Assembly (NCBI GenBank): GCA_020184695.1
Contig: JAANOX010000207.1
Span: 293,819 to 357,818 of the forward strand
Source of the DNA: Histomonas meleagridis 2922-C6/04-290x
Taxonomy: Eukaryota; Protista; Parabasalia
Reading direction: 5' to 3'
Length of the DNA stretch: 64,000 nt
Made by a program: the position numbers and the translations under genes. The notes beneath the pieces are model-generated. The model did not search any database and was not told the DNA's origin. It saw only the letters and a program-made list of their open reading frames with translations. Position 1 is the first letter of the stretch, and every line of letters begins with the position of its first letter. This document shows positions 1-10,631 of the stretch, piece by piece.

Positions 1-1044
1 AGACTTTACTTTTTGGTTTTCCAGTGGTGGTACAGTAACTTTGGGATAATTAATGATTTCACACTTTGAATCTAATGGAACTAATTTATGTATCAAAGCC
101 GAAGCCGAATTGTTTGGTGGCAATTTCTCGACTAATCCAAGTTGTAAAAACGTGTAAAGAACAAATCCTGTATAAGGGTCAGTTATTGAAACTTGATCGT
201 CTTTTCTGATAATTAGCGAAGTAAAAATCGAAATTATATTTTCTTTTTCATGAGATATACCACGAACAATGCTTTGGATGCCATTGTTTTCAAGTCCGAA
301 TCCAAGAAAGCCCGGCCATTTCTTCAGTATTTGTGTTATTGCTTTACAAGCGTTATGAAGACGTTTACGATCATTTTTTTGTGATGAAAAAATCTCAGAA
401 ATTAATTGTAATGTTAAATATGAATTACATTTTGAGGAATGGCGTTCTTCATATGAATAACAAATTATGTCACATTGGTCATTAGTTGGATCATTGATAA
501 GAGATTCAAGAAAAATCTCACTAACTTCTGGAATATCAAAGACTTCGTCGGAAATAATGAAAGCTTCTTTGAGATATAAAATTATTAATTGTTTCTCTTC
601 AGGACGACAAATATTATAATATGAAGTAAGACCACGAATGACTGATGATGGAAGATAGTACCTCTTTTTTAGCATTAAATAAACTAATTTAAATGCATTT
701 AATTTTTCTGGATCATTCTTGGATTGAGGGCTTAGTGGCTTTTGCTCTAAAGACATTGCAATGAGCATATCAAAGTTGTATGCTTCAATAATTGATTTAT
801 TTGATGCTGATTCAAGGTCAAAAATAATTTCTAATGCAATTGATCGAATCAATGAAGAATCATACGTGTATAATTTGTGTATGTAGGCAGCAACAAAACT
901 TATTGGAAATGTCTCCATATCAACAAAACTTATATCATATTTTAAACAATTATATATCTTGACTATTTCTGCCTGTTTTAGTTTCTCTGTGGCTAAGTAC
1001 TTGATGGCAAAAGCAACAAAAGAATCCATATGGTTTCCCATCAT
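1..1044 (-). CDS. RICTOR: Rictor/Avo3-like TORC2 subunit, N-terminal part (runs off the window edge)
   Basis: Manual translation gives an open frame from ATG 1044 to base 1 with no stop, so it is absent from the ORF track. It contains YNFDMLIAMSLEQ...EKLNAFKLVYLML...LPSSVIRGL and ILKKWPGFLGFGLENNGIQSIV, resembling Rictor N-terminal motifs (VDYLIARCID..ERTQALRLV..FPSSVTNSL; RSWAGII..NSGIQSLI). Confidence 0.7.
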   Translation of the reverse strand, partial: MMGNHMDSFVAFAIKYLATEKLKQAEIVKIYNCLKYDISFVDMETFPISFVAAYIHKLYTYDSSLIRSIALEIIFDLESASNKSIIEAYNFDMLIAMSLEQKPLSPQSKNDPEKLNAFKLVYLMLKKRYYLPSSVIRGLTSYYNICRPEEKQLIILYLKEAFIISDEVFDIPEVSEIFLESLINDPTNDQCDIICYSYEERHSSKCNSYLTLQLISEIFSSQKNDRKRLHNACKAITQILKKWPGFLGFGLENNGIQSIVRGISHEKENIISIFTSLIIRKDDQVSITDPYTGFVLYTFLQLGLVEKLPPNNSASALIHKLVPLDSKCEIINYPKVTVPPLENQKVKS

Positions 1045-1648
1045 GGGTTCTTGCTGAAGTGGGCGGTAAATCAAAATTATTCAATTAGATGTAAAGTGTA
1101 CAAAAAGTCGATAATTGACTGTTGAAGGCACCGCTACACCCAAAAATTGTCATTTGTTTTGTGGGCTGTTCATTTTTTCATTCTCTAAAATAAGTATAAA
1201 CAAAGCGTTTTATGGTATCAATTAAGCATTAATTAAAATGACCAAAAAAGAACAAAACAACATACAAGCTTTGGAAGCTTAAAAAACTTATTAGAACATA
1301 AGTGACATAGGAGCAGTATGCGATTGATTATAAGTTGCATCATTAGGATGAATTCAAAGGATGCAAACGAAACCGGAGCATTTTTAGTAAATTCTTTAAT
1401 GGTAGCCTAGCTGACCTATCTAGATAGGACTAGCGCGTTAGTCTTTTTTAATTGATAATATATGAAAAACAGAGTCTGTTAACAAAATCGATTTTCCAAA
1501 ATTCGAAAGCACAAAAAAGTTCATGAACTTTATTCTTGAAAGTCATGACAAATTTGATGAAATTGGAAAAAATCATCATTTAAAATTAAAAACACTTTTT
1601 TTACATCCCTACACTGCTTTTTATCTGCTTAAAAACATTCATCAAAAT

Positions 1649-1975
1649 TTATTTAGCATTATTATCAATTCCTTCTTGTTCAAGAAGTAATTTAACTATT
1701 TCTGCATAACCATTTTTAGATTCCCATATAAGTGCTGTTTCAAATAATTTAAATAATTTCCAAATATTATTTTGAAATATAAAATAAAATATATAAATAT
1801 CTTTACCAATTAAATTTATCCCAATCATTACCTATTAAAATAACCCCCTTGTTGCATTAAAATTTTCTTCTTTTAAATTAAATATAATTTTCTTAAATTC
1901 TAAAAGTAATTCCTTTAAAAACCTAATATCAGTACACCCATTTTGCAAGAAAAAATGGAGATAAGTTATTTGGTT
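1649..1975 (-). pseudogene. Decayed ankyrin-repeat gene fragment (locus E) with one linker of three 17-nt spacers
   Basis: GINLIGKD + [17]TAT[17]GGA[17]GAA (1798-1739) + TALIWESKNGYAEIVKLLLEQEGIDNNAK* (1738-1649). An upstream frameshifted repeat SPFFLA-QNGCTDI..ELLL lies at about 1870-1975. Confidence 0.7.
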
Positions 1976-2694
1976 GTGGTTTTTTGTTTCAGTTGAAAAA
2001 ATTAAGATGAAAATTCACAGAATTATTGGAAAGTGCTTAGTGGACATTCACTTTTTGTGAAACCAAGAAAAAAATGGAAAAACTGTTTCATCAAAATTTT
2101 TTACTCACAATAACTACATATTTACGTCTTCAATAAATTCCAAAAAAATTTTATGAAAAATATAAGTAATTAATTATAATCTAATTCAAACAACAAACAT
2201 CTGATCATTTCTTATTTATCTTTTTCTTTCATTTTCTTGCTCATTTCTATTGACATATATAAAAACACAGCATATTCGTAAAAAATTTTTGCGTCTGCAT
2301 AAATGAATATTTGTGAACTCTTTTTCACTTCATCACCACCCAGCCAACCAAATCTTTATTTGTAAAACCTGGGGAAACCAACAAATATTCTTCCAGTTCC
2401 TTTTCATGAAATTGTTATTTCTTAGTTCTGAGAACTTTATGCAAAAGTTTCCTTACAAATATAACGTTCGCTTTCAGAAACGTCGGTATAAGTCACTTTC
2501 CTATCGTATTGACAACGATCATCTGTCTCTCATTGTTCACTTTTTGAAGTATTTACTCATGAATTTCTGTACACAACAGCGGCTATTTTAGACTTTTAAT
2601 TGAATAAATGATTTTAAGAAAATTTTTCAAGTTTTTGAATTGATGGGGCCAATCGAACGTTAACTCATTGAAAACGATGAAGTCAATTCTATAA

Positions 2695-3555
2695 ATGTCT
2701 CCTTGCCCTGAGGGTGCAATTGGGTGGATTGCCGATGCTTTTGGAGAGTGTATTGTAAATGCGCGCGACAGATGGAGTTTTGGTATTGGTATGGTTTCCA
2801 ATGTTATTTGGGTTGTTTCTTCTGTTCCTCAAATTTACCAGACATGTAAGGTCAAAAAGGTCGATGGACAGAGTCCTTTTCTGTTTTCTTTCCTTACGTT
2901 GGGTAATGTGTTAAATCTTGTTGGTATTATTATTACTCATGGTTTATTAACGCAAATTCTAACACAGATATTATATTTGTTAATGGATGGCATTATGTTT
3001 ATTCAGTTTTTATATTACAAATATATAAAAAACAAGTGTTGCCCAGATATTGAAGAATCAACTTCAATAAGGCTTCATTCAGAGGAAAGCAGTTCATCTT
3101 CTGTACTCTTTAGTGGAGTTTTAGCCCAGTCAGCATCTTCTGCTGTTGATTGGTCTGCACCATACAAAGGCACATTATTACTTGGAGAAATCTTTGGATG
3201 GGTCGGAGCCTTGATCTACATCATTTCACGTGTACCACAGAACATAACAAACTGCAAAACAAAGAAAGTTTCACTTAGTCCATACTATGTGATTCTTGCT
3301 ATCTTAGGAAATGCGACATATTTTGCTTCGATTCTTATCAAGAGCACCGAAGCGAACTATCTTTGGCAACAATGTCCATTTATCGTTGGCGCTTTGGCAC
3401 CCATGTTATGTGATATATTGACAATCATACAGATGATCATCTATGGCCGCGGTTTTGCTGATAAAGTCGAGAAACCAGAGGAACTACACGCCGATGAAAA
3501 CCCCGAATCCAGTTCTGAAGATGTTTCTGAGGATAAGAATATCCCTGAGATATGA
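2695..3555 (+). CDS. PQ-loop repeat membrane protein (PQLC2/Ypq-like lysosomal transporter)
   Basis: Two PQ-loop motifs (SSVPQIYQTCKVKKVDGQS; SRVPQNITNCKTKKVSLS) and about 7 hydrophobic segments. Confidence 0.85.
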   Translation: MSPCPEGAIGWIADAFGECIVNARDRWSFGIGMVSNVIWVVSSVPQIYQTCKVKKVDGQSPFLFSFLTLGNVLNLVGIIITHGLLTQILTQILYLLMDGIMFIQFLYYKYIKNKCCPDIEESTSIRLHSEESSSSSVLFSGVLAQSASSAVDWSAPYKGTLLLGEIFGWVGALIYIISRVPQNITNCKTKKVSLSPYYVILAILGNATYFASILIKSTEANYLWQQCPFIVGALAPMLCDILTIIQMIIYGRGFADKVEKPEELHADENPESSSEDVSEDKNIPEI

Positions 3556-3660
3556 ATTTCTTGCTTTCTTTTAGTAAATAGTATGATTCAAATGGTAATA
3601 GATTTGTTATTGTAGCCAACACTCAATTTATTCATTGGAATATGGGATATTTCGCGCCAA

Positions 3661-3730
3661 AAACGATAGACAAATTAATTGATCAGAAAAATTTGGGTTC
3701 CGACAGAAAAAACTATCGTCATTCTGAAAT
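3661..3730 (+). repeat. Dispersed ~70-nt repeat, copy 1
   Basis: AAACGATAGACAAATTAA..TGA.CAGAAAA...ACAGAAAAAA.TAT.GTCATTCTGAAAT matches the reverse complement of 12286-12352; the first 18 nt are identical. Confidence 0.75.
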
Positions 3731-4149
3731 CCAATTAGATGGAATTTTTGCATTAATTGATCTTATTATCTAGGAAAATATGAAATAAAATATTCTTATG
3801 AATGTATTTATTTTTTTATTTTGATTTTCATTATAAACCTAAAAATCACTTAATAAGGATAATTATACGTAGTTTCTCATAATTCAACATTTCTTTATTT
3901 TGTACAATTGCTGCTTTTCTTGTTTTCTTGAAAATTCTTATTCATATGAATTAACGAATAATGATAGAATTTTTAAAATTAGAGTTGTTTATTCATTTAA
4001 TGAAGTTATACCATCAAACTTATTAAGTACAATTTATATAATTTTTAATAAAAAAAAACAAATCTAAAAATATATTTTTATATAGATAGATGAAATGAAA
4101 GGCATTTGATCAAATGCATTGGATTTACAATTACTATATTATATCAAAT

Positions 4150-5073
4150 TCAGTTTTTTTTTATTATTTTCTTTCCGAAAAACAATTTAATTATTTTATA
4201 TATAGGGAATATAAAACAAACAATGAAATATACATTTTTAAGAATAATTCTTATCAAAGAATTACTCCATTTTGTCCAAAAGTTTTCGATCACTTTATCG
4301 ACAAATAAAACGAAAATAGTTAAAGAGATGATCGGTGCCAATAAATTTGGAAGAAACATTGCAACAATAAATGCGAAAATTGCCATCGTCAAAAATAATT
4401 TGACTTTCCGTATAAATGAAACAGCAGTTTCCAAAAAAGTATTAATTCCTTCAAAACTATTTCCAAAATCATTGACAAAATTTTGCATGTTTTGAAGCAG
4501 CTTTGAGGTGTTATCGAGTTGAGTTTGGATTTGAGCGATAGTTTTGTTGAATGATATTGAAATATTAACGATTTCTTTTTTAATAGTGGATATAGATTCT
4601 ATTGAATCTTTCATAGATTGGTATAAATCAATGAGAGACTTGGATGTTTCTTCATTAAAAACATTTCTCTTTGAAAATAAGCATAAATTTTTCCAATGAA
4701 CTTTCATGATCATAAATATTGAATATGCAAAATTGCTCATTTTTGATGTTTTTTCAGAATCTTCAGCATCACATGGAAATTCGTCTAACTTTCCTGTGAT
4801 GTTATAAAAACATTGAGTAAATTGAATTGCTAAATGTTTTTGTTGTGTCTCGTTTGCCTGTTCACAGTCATACCGAATATTTTTGATGATTTCTATATAG
4901 CAAGATTGACTTGGAAACTCAATTTCATGCATGATTTCGAAAAATTGTTCTGTAGAATTAAAATCTTCTTGAGAAACCGAAGTATCAACTAATTCATGAA
5001 ATGTTTTGCCATTACGTAGCTCGTCAATAAGAGGGGATTTATAGGATATTAGAAAAGTGATAAGGAAAAACAT
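4150..5073 (-). CDS. GEX1: GEX1/Brambleberry/Kar5-family nuclear-envelope fusion protein
   Basis: Signal peptide; Cys-rich domain CYIEIIKNIRYDCEQ..QKHLAIQFTQCFYNITG..FPC..KMSNFAYSIF..HWKNLC; coiled coil; C-terminal TM helices. This is the family architecture. Confidence 0.7.
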   Translation of the reverse strand: MFFLITFLISYKSPLIDELRNGKTFHELVDTSVSQEDFNSTEQFFEIMHEIEFPSQSCYIEIIKNIRYDCEQANETQQKHLAIQFTQCFYNITGKLDEFPCDAEDSEKTSKMSNFAYSIFMIMKVHWKNLCLFSKRNVFNEETSKSLIDLYQSMKDSIESISTIKKEIVNISISFNKTIAQIQTQLDNTSKLLQNMQNFVNDFGNSFEGINTFLETAVSFIRKVKLFLTMAIFAFIVAMFLPNLLAPIISLTIFVLFVDKVIENFWTKWSNSLIRIILKNVYFIVCFIFPIYKIIKLFFGKKIIKKN

Positions 5074-5442
5074 TTTTCCTAAAATGTACGTTTAAAATTA
5101 ATTGACTCACTTCAATCTGCAAATTTCAGTTTCAAAAATTCAATATTTGGGAAAATGTAACAGGAAAGTGAGTCTCCCAAATCTGCAGACCAGACATGCA
5201 TGCCAAATAATATGTAATTTTTTTACCTTCTTAAAATAGTACTGTTTATATTAAATATGATTCGGTAATATGATATAAATTTTAACTTGAATTAGATTGG
5301 AATATCCTTTAGAAACACAATGCTCTCATGGTGAATCCTTTTTGTTTCAAATTTGTTCTAATTTATAAAATAGATCGAAAGTATGACCGGCATAAAAAAT
5401 AAAAAAACACATTTAAAAATTAATTATATTTTATATATAAAG

Positions 5443-6366
5443 TTAAATTGGTTCATAATCTGAATCATCTTTATTTAGTGTATCTTTTTCATAATGTAAT
5501 CCATCAATAGTTGGTTTTAATGGCACGAAAGGAATCATCCACAACAAAATATATTTTCTTGGCCCGAAAATTTCTTCCCAATTATTTATGCAACCTCTAT
5601 CATAAAACCCTGGAATTTTACGCTTTAAATATTCGAGTGTTGTTTGATTCTTTGTGATTCTTAATGTTTGATAAAAGAATTGATTCAAAAGAAGGGCACC
5701 AAAAAATCCAGAAGTCCCGAGATAGAACAACTCCTCAAAAAAACCATAACGATGAATTTTTAAGAGAGAAATTGCACATATTGATAAAAATATAAAAACA
5801 AGGTATATGCCTAAATAAAATGTTGTGTTGAGGAAATAACGATGGTTATATAGACCAATCCATTGTCCTACAAAGCCACAATAATGATCAGCTCTTATCA
5901 CAAAATATCCAACACGCTGTGAAAAACACATACGAGGTGGCTTGGAAAGAGAACGAGCAAATTCAATTTGGTCTTCATCAAGAGCAACTCCACTTCTCAT
6001 TTCTTCCGTTGAAAATGAAGATTTACCTGTAACTGGATAATAAAATGGAAGATATCCGGGATCTGTAACAATGGTTTTGTATAAGCTATATACACCAATA
6101 ATAAACGTTATTATAACAAAATATATACACGAATGATATTTCGGAGAAAAATAAATAAATACATGCTGATACCACAAATAATATGAAAAAAGCAATAATA
6201 TATATGCAGGGAAATTTGGAAGAAATGAAAGCTGATAAGTTTTATATCGAGTAATTGGGTAAATTTCTGTAATCCATATATCTTTTGTAAAGGACCTCCA
6301 TTTTGTAAGATGAGGAACACCTTTCTCTTGTAAAAGAAAGGGTTCTGATTCGTTTTGTTCTTCCAT
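5443..6366 (-). CDS. DHHC-family palmitoyltransferase (DHYC variant)
   Basis: RADHYCGFVGQWIGLYNHRYF, TDPG and QTTLE motifs, four TM segments. Likely start MEEQ at 6366; the ORF track starts at 6432. Confidence 0.9.
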   Translation of the reverse strand: MEEQNESEPFLLQEKGVPHLTKWRSFTKDIWITEIYPITRYKTYQLSFLPNFPAYILLLFSYYLWYQHVFIYFSPKYHSCIYFVIITFIIGVYSLYKTIVTDPGYLPFYYPVTGKSSFSTEEMRSGVALDEDQIEFARSLSKPPRMCFSQRVGYFVIRADHYCGFVGQWIGLYNHRYFLNTTFYLGIYLVFIFLSICAISLLKIHRYGFFEELFYLGTSGFFGALLLNQFFYQTLRITKNQTTLEYLKRKIPGFYDRGCINNWEEIFGPRKYILLWMIPFVPLKPTIDGLHYEKDTLNKDDSDYEPI

Positions 6367-7031
6367 TTGTATTGGACGATGTATATAAACATTTGAAATA
6401 TTTTTGTAAAGTATGGAAACCAAATATGCCAAAGTTTGATCAAACTTTAGAGGCTGAAGTCAGGAATCCAGCAACGATAGGTAGGAAGTAGTCATTTTTG
6501 CATTTTTAGCATTGGAACAAAACATAATATAACATCAAATCCAGATATTTTTTTTTTTACCGAGAATGTTTTTTCATCATCGTAATGATTGAGAAATAAT
6601 AATAATCAAAGTCAGTTAGAAGAAAAAACAATTATAAAGATTTATTTCGAAGAAAATTTTTGCTTTTTATCATTAGTGATGTTAATGATATTCGCTCATG
6701 CCAGGAAAAACATAAACATTTTTTGGATTTGTTTTGATCCCGTCAAATATAAAGTTCTCAAGTATGTTTGATGTTGAAAAAGTTCGTTTTATGCTTTACA
6801 TTATGTAAGCTTTTGGGAAAGGGATAAAAAGATAAAAAAGATCGAAGCCTTACCCCTGATAGGAAGTTAAAGTGCACTTCCAAAAAATATTTTATTATGA
6901 GTAAAAAGCGAGTTGTTGGCCTCACCAAGCGATTCGGTCTTCAACTTATGTCGAACCGTGAAACCAGTTGTTCAAAAAGTGGCATTTATAAGGTTCTGTG
7001 TTTTTTTTGGCATTTTTTGGCATTTCGTTTT

Positions 7032-8591
7032 ATGAAAGCAAAAAACCCCAAACCATTCGTTGGTATTGATTTCGGTACAACTTATAGCTCTGTTTGTTTA
7101 TGGAGAAATAATAATATTGAATTAATAGCCAACAATAATAGTAATTATTCAACACCGTCTATCGTAACAATACAAGAAGAGGGAGAACCACTTATTGGAG
7201 AACCTGCAAAGGAGGCTGCTGTATTTAACCCTACTTCCACAATATACGATTCGAAACGTATGATTGGACGAAAATTTGATTCTAAAGAGATTCAAGAAGA
7301 TATTAAGCACTGGCCATTTAAAGTTGTTAACCATGAAAATACACCAATGATTGAAGTAAAATTTGGCGAGAAAATCGAAAAATATTCACCTATACAAATA
7401 TCATCATATATTCTAGGTCATATGAAAGGCATTGTTGATAATTACCTTAGCCTAAACACAAATGACCCTATTGATGCAGTTATTACTGCTCCTGCATATT
7501 ATGATGCCGTTCAACGTGCGGCCATTATGGAAGCAGCAAAGATGGCGAACATCCATGTATTACGTATTATTGATGAACCAACGGCTGCAGCCATTGCATA
7601 TGGTCTTAAGAATGAACCATATGAAATTTCCAAGAAAATATTAGTTTTTGACTTTGGTGGTGGTACACTTGATTTATCACTACTAGAAGTCCAAAAATAC
7701 AATTTTAAAGTCATTGATATAGGTGGTGATATGCATCTTGGTGGTCAAGATTTTGATAATAATTTAGTTGAATATTTTGTACAAAAATTTAATTCGAAAT
7801 ACAAATGTGATCTTCACAAAGATAAACGCGCCATGAGTTTGTTAAAGAATGCTTGTGAGGATGTAAAAACAAGATTATCCAAAGTGCCATCAACTAAGAT
7901 TTCAATTCCGTCATTATATAATTCAATTGATTATAACGATAAAATTACACGTGCTACTTTCGAAGATATAAATTTTGACCTTTTTGAAAGAATGATGATA
8001 CCAGTTAAAAAATTATTAAAACATAATAAAGTTAAAAAAGGAGATATTGATAATGTTATTCTTGTTGGAGGTTCATCACGTATTCCTAAAGTTAGGAAAA
8101 TCCTTTCTGATTACTTTGGCGAAGAATTAATTTCAAAGAACATTGATCCTGATAAAGCTGTTGTCCAAGGAGCAGCAATAGATGCAGCAAATGAAGAAAA
8201 AGAGGGCGAATTCCCAATTGTTACATATACTTCAGTTGTTTCACATCCAATTGGTATTGAAACTAATGGAACAGATATGGATATAATCATTGCGCGCGGT
8301 GAGCAAATCCCATATAAATCAAAACCAAAATATTATTCGCCTGCAAATAAGTATGTCCCAGTGGTTGATATCAAAGTTTTCGTTGGTGAAAATCCAAAGA
8401 CTTGTGATAACGTGTTTTTGGGTAAATTTAGATTATCTGGTATTAAAATACCTGATAATGGACAAATTCCAAAGATTCAGGTTGTGTTGGAAGTAGACCA
8501 AAATGGAATATTAAGTGTGACAGCTGAAGATATGTGCGGTGGTGCATCAGAAGGTATACAAATACATGTTGAAAAGATCTTAGACTTATAA
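7032..8591 (+). CDS. HSP70: Hsp70-family protein lacking the C-terminal lid and EEVD
   Basis: VGIDFGTTYS, IIDEPTAAAIAYG, VFDFGGGTLD, ILVGGSSRIP motifs and SBD-beta (IQVVLEVDQNGILSVTAED), then a stop. Likely start ATG 7032. Confidence 0.9.
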   Translation: MKAKNPKPFVGIDFGTTYSSVCLWRNNNIELIANNNSNYSTPSIVTIQEEGEPLIGEPAKEAAVFNPTSTIYDSKRMIGRKFDSKEIQEDIKHWPFKVVNHENTPMIEVKFGEKIEKYSPIQISSYILGHMKGIVDNYLSLNTNDPIDAVITAPAYYDAVQRAAIMEAAKMANIHVLRIIDEPTAAAIAYGLKNEPYEISKKILVFDFGGGTLDLSLLEVQKYNFKVIDIGGDMHLGGQDFDNNLVEYFVQKFNSKYKCDLHKDKRAMSLLKNACEDVKTRLSKVPSTKISIPSLYNSIDYNDKITRATFEDINFDLFERMMIPVKKLLKHNKVKKGDIDNVILVGGSSRIPKVRKILSDYFGEELISKNIDPDKAVVQGAAIDAANEEKEGEFPIVTYTSVVSHPIGIETNGTDMDIIIARGEQIPYKSKPKYYSPANKYVPVVDIKVFVGENPKTCDNVFLGKFRLSGIKIPDNGQIPKIQVVLEVDQNGILSVTAEDMCGGASEGIQIHVEKILDL

Positions 8592-8878
8592 AAGAAATCA
8601 ATAAATAATCACAACCCGAATTTTTCCCTTTCATTGTTGAGTGTTTTAATTTTATATTCGACATGAAAAAATTTATACATTGTGAAGAATCACAAGGAAA
8701 TGTCACCGTAAAATCGAAACTTCTCTGTATGATGATATTATACATAACCTGTGAAGGTTTTGGTGATGATATAAATTTATAGAAATGGATTGACTTAATA
8801 TTCTTGTATAAACAAAATCGAAGGTTGAGTTCTTCATTATTTCATATTAATTCTTCAACAAATATTTAAGGTTGAATT

Positions 8879-8976
8879 GAAGAAATCATTCATTTATGTG
8901 AGCAAAATCATTTGAAGATGCGTCTGAAAAGGCAATTGAATTCCATCGAAATGATATCTTTAAATGTATTTATGAA
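8879..8976 (+). pseudogene. Frameshifted fragment of the DUF3447-type ankyrin family
   Basis: Reads EEIIHLCEQNH/FEDASEKAIEFHRNDIFKCIYE, against EEIIHLCEQNHSSFEDAYEAAIEFHKNDIFKYIYE in the gene at 9176-10319. A small deletion shifts the frame; the orientation is inverted. Confidence 0.75.
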
Positions 8977-9175
8977 AGAAAAAAATGAAAGCAAAGCGAA
9001 TATTATAAAAAATGATCTTTATTATGTTGTTGCTAACACTTCTTTTGTTGGAGTTTTTCTTTCTATTGTTTTCTGCGAACACTTGATCTTCGGATTGATT
9101 TTAATTATTAGCAACATATGCTTCATTTCCTTTTCTTATTGAAAATGAAGATTTGATGTTTATAAAAAAAGTTTT

Positions 9176-10319
9176 TTAATTAGAATATTCATTAGTACTT
9201 TTTTCACGAAGTAAATTTACTATTTCTGTGTATCCTTTTTGTTGTGCAATTTGAAGTGCTGTCAAATATTGTTAAAACATAGACCAAATTATTCAAACAT
9301 ATTATAAATTATTAAAACATATTATAAATTATTAAAACATATTTCAAATTATTAAAACATATATTAAATTATTCAAACATATTTCAAATTATTAAAACAT
9401 ATTATAAATTATTAAAACATATTATAAATTATTAAAACATATTTCAAATTATTAAAACATATTATAAATTATTAAAACATATTATAAATTATTCAAACAT
9501 ATTTCAAATTATTAAAACATATTATAAATTATTCAAATGAATAATTTTTGCATTAACATCAATTCCTTCTTTATCTAAAACATATTTCACAAGTTCAATA
9601 TTTCCTGATTCTGAAGCAAATGGTAAAATATCTTTTGGAATTTGATTATTTTGAAGGAAATATTTCAAGAGAAATAAATTTCCATTTCTTGCTGATTCAT
9701 TTATATTATCAACATTAACATTAATTCCTTTTTTTTCAAAAAATGCTAAAATTTTATAATTATCTTTTTTAATACAAAAACTTACTAAATCATTAGTTTT
9801 ATCTTCAGAAATTTTTGGAATTGATTGTATTTTTTCTAATTTATTTTCATAAATATATTTAAAGATATCATTTTTATGAAATTCAATTGCTGCTTCATAT
9901 GCATCTTCAAATGATGAATGATTTTGTTCACATAAATGAATGATTTCTTCACTTCCACCTGCAACTGCATATCTACCTGTATTTTTTACTTTTGCACCAT
10001 TCATAAGTAAATATTTAAAACATTTAATTGCAGAAAAAAATGCTGCATAATCAATTAATTTGACATTTCTTTGATTAATAAATGAACATCTTTCATAAAG
10101 TGATGGTTTAATCGTTTGATCAAAATCAAAATTTGTTTGTGATGATATTTCTTGAAGTTTTTCGATTTCATCATTTCGAATTATTTTTGCAATTTCATTC
10201 GGATTATGTCCTTCTTTTATTAAATGCTTATGAAGTTCCCAATCATTCTTTGATAATTCTTCATAATTATCTAAAATATATTTTTCTATTGGATAATTTT
10301 TATTCGATCTAAATTTCAT
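9176..10319 (-). CDS. DUF3447-type ankyrin-repeat protein (locus C); the last repeat is joined across fourteen 17-nt spacers
   Basis: The ORF 10319-9522 ends EGIDVNAKI. A terminal module TALQIAQQKGYTEIVNLLREKSTNEYSN* lies at 9262-9176. 1144 nt minus 14x17 = 906 nt = 302 codons. Paralog-like sequence upstream of 10319 has an in-frame TAA (10407-10409), so the 5' end may be decayed. Confidence 0.7.
9281..9540. repeat. 20-nt minisatellite, 13 units (consensus ATTATAAATTATTAAAACAT)
   Basis: Directly visible 20-nt periodicity. On the minus strand each unit is a 17-nt spacer plus one codon. Confidence 0.95.
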
Positions 10320-10631
10320 ACGGGTTTGTTTTTGGTTTTCTTTTTCTGTTTTATAATGTGCAAAATATTTTGAATGAATATTTTTAGTGATATTTTTATC
10401 AAATAATTATCTATGAATAAATAAACTCAAATAGTCAAGCAATGCTTCGGTCGATATTTTTATTAAACTTTGAGAATTTTGGTGATTTTTTTTAGATCAT
10501 TATATATATATTTTACGAGTTCTTCATAGTTGTTTGAAAGCATCCAGTTTTTTAAGTCATCTTTATAAAAAAATAACATAATTAAACAAAAAACATCGCT
10601 TTGTTTAAATTTATGAAAAAATTAGTTAGAA

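Noticed and set aside
2313-2591. 92-aa ORF, with a possible decayed BspA-like fragment on the minus strand (YICKETFA*SSQN*EITIS, about 2404-2475)
   Set aside because: Non-ATG start, no recognisable domain, and the LRR resemblance is too short to support a call.
9281-9540. CRISPR-like array
   Set aside because: These are tandem near-identical units without unique spacers, in eukaryotic DNA with no cas genes.
10401-10418. An 18-nt spacer-like string (ATTCATAGATAATTATTT) that could remove the TAA at 10407-10409
   Set aside because: Alignment to the locus B paralog (IHR*LFDKN versus IEQNLIDPKN) is collinear without removal, so a nonsense mutation is simpler.
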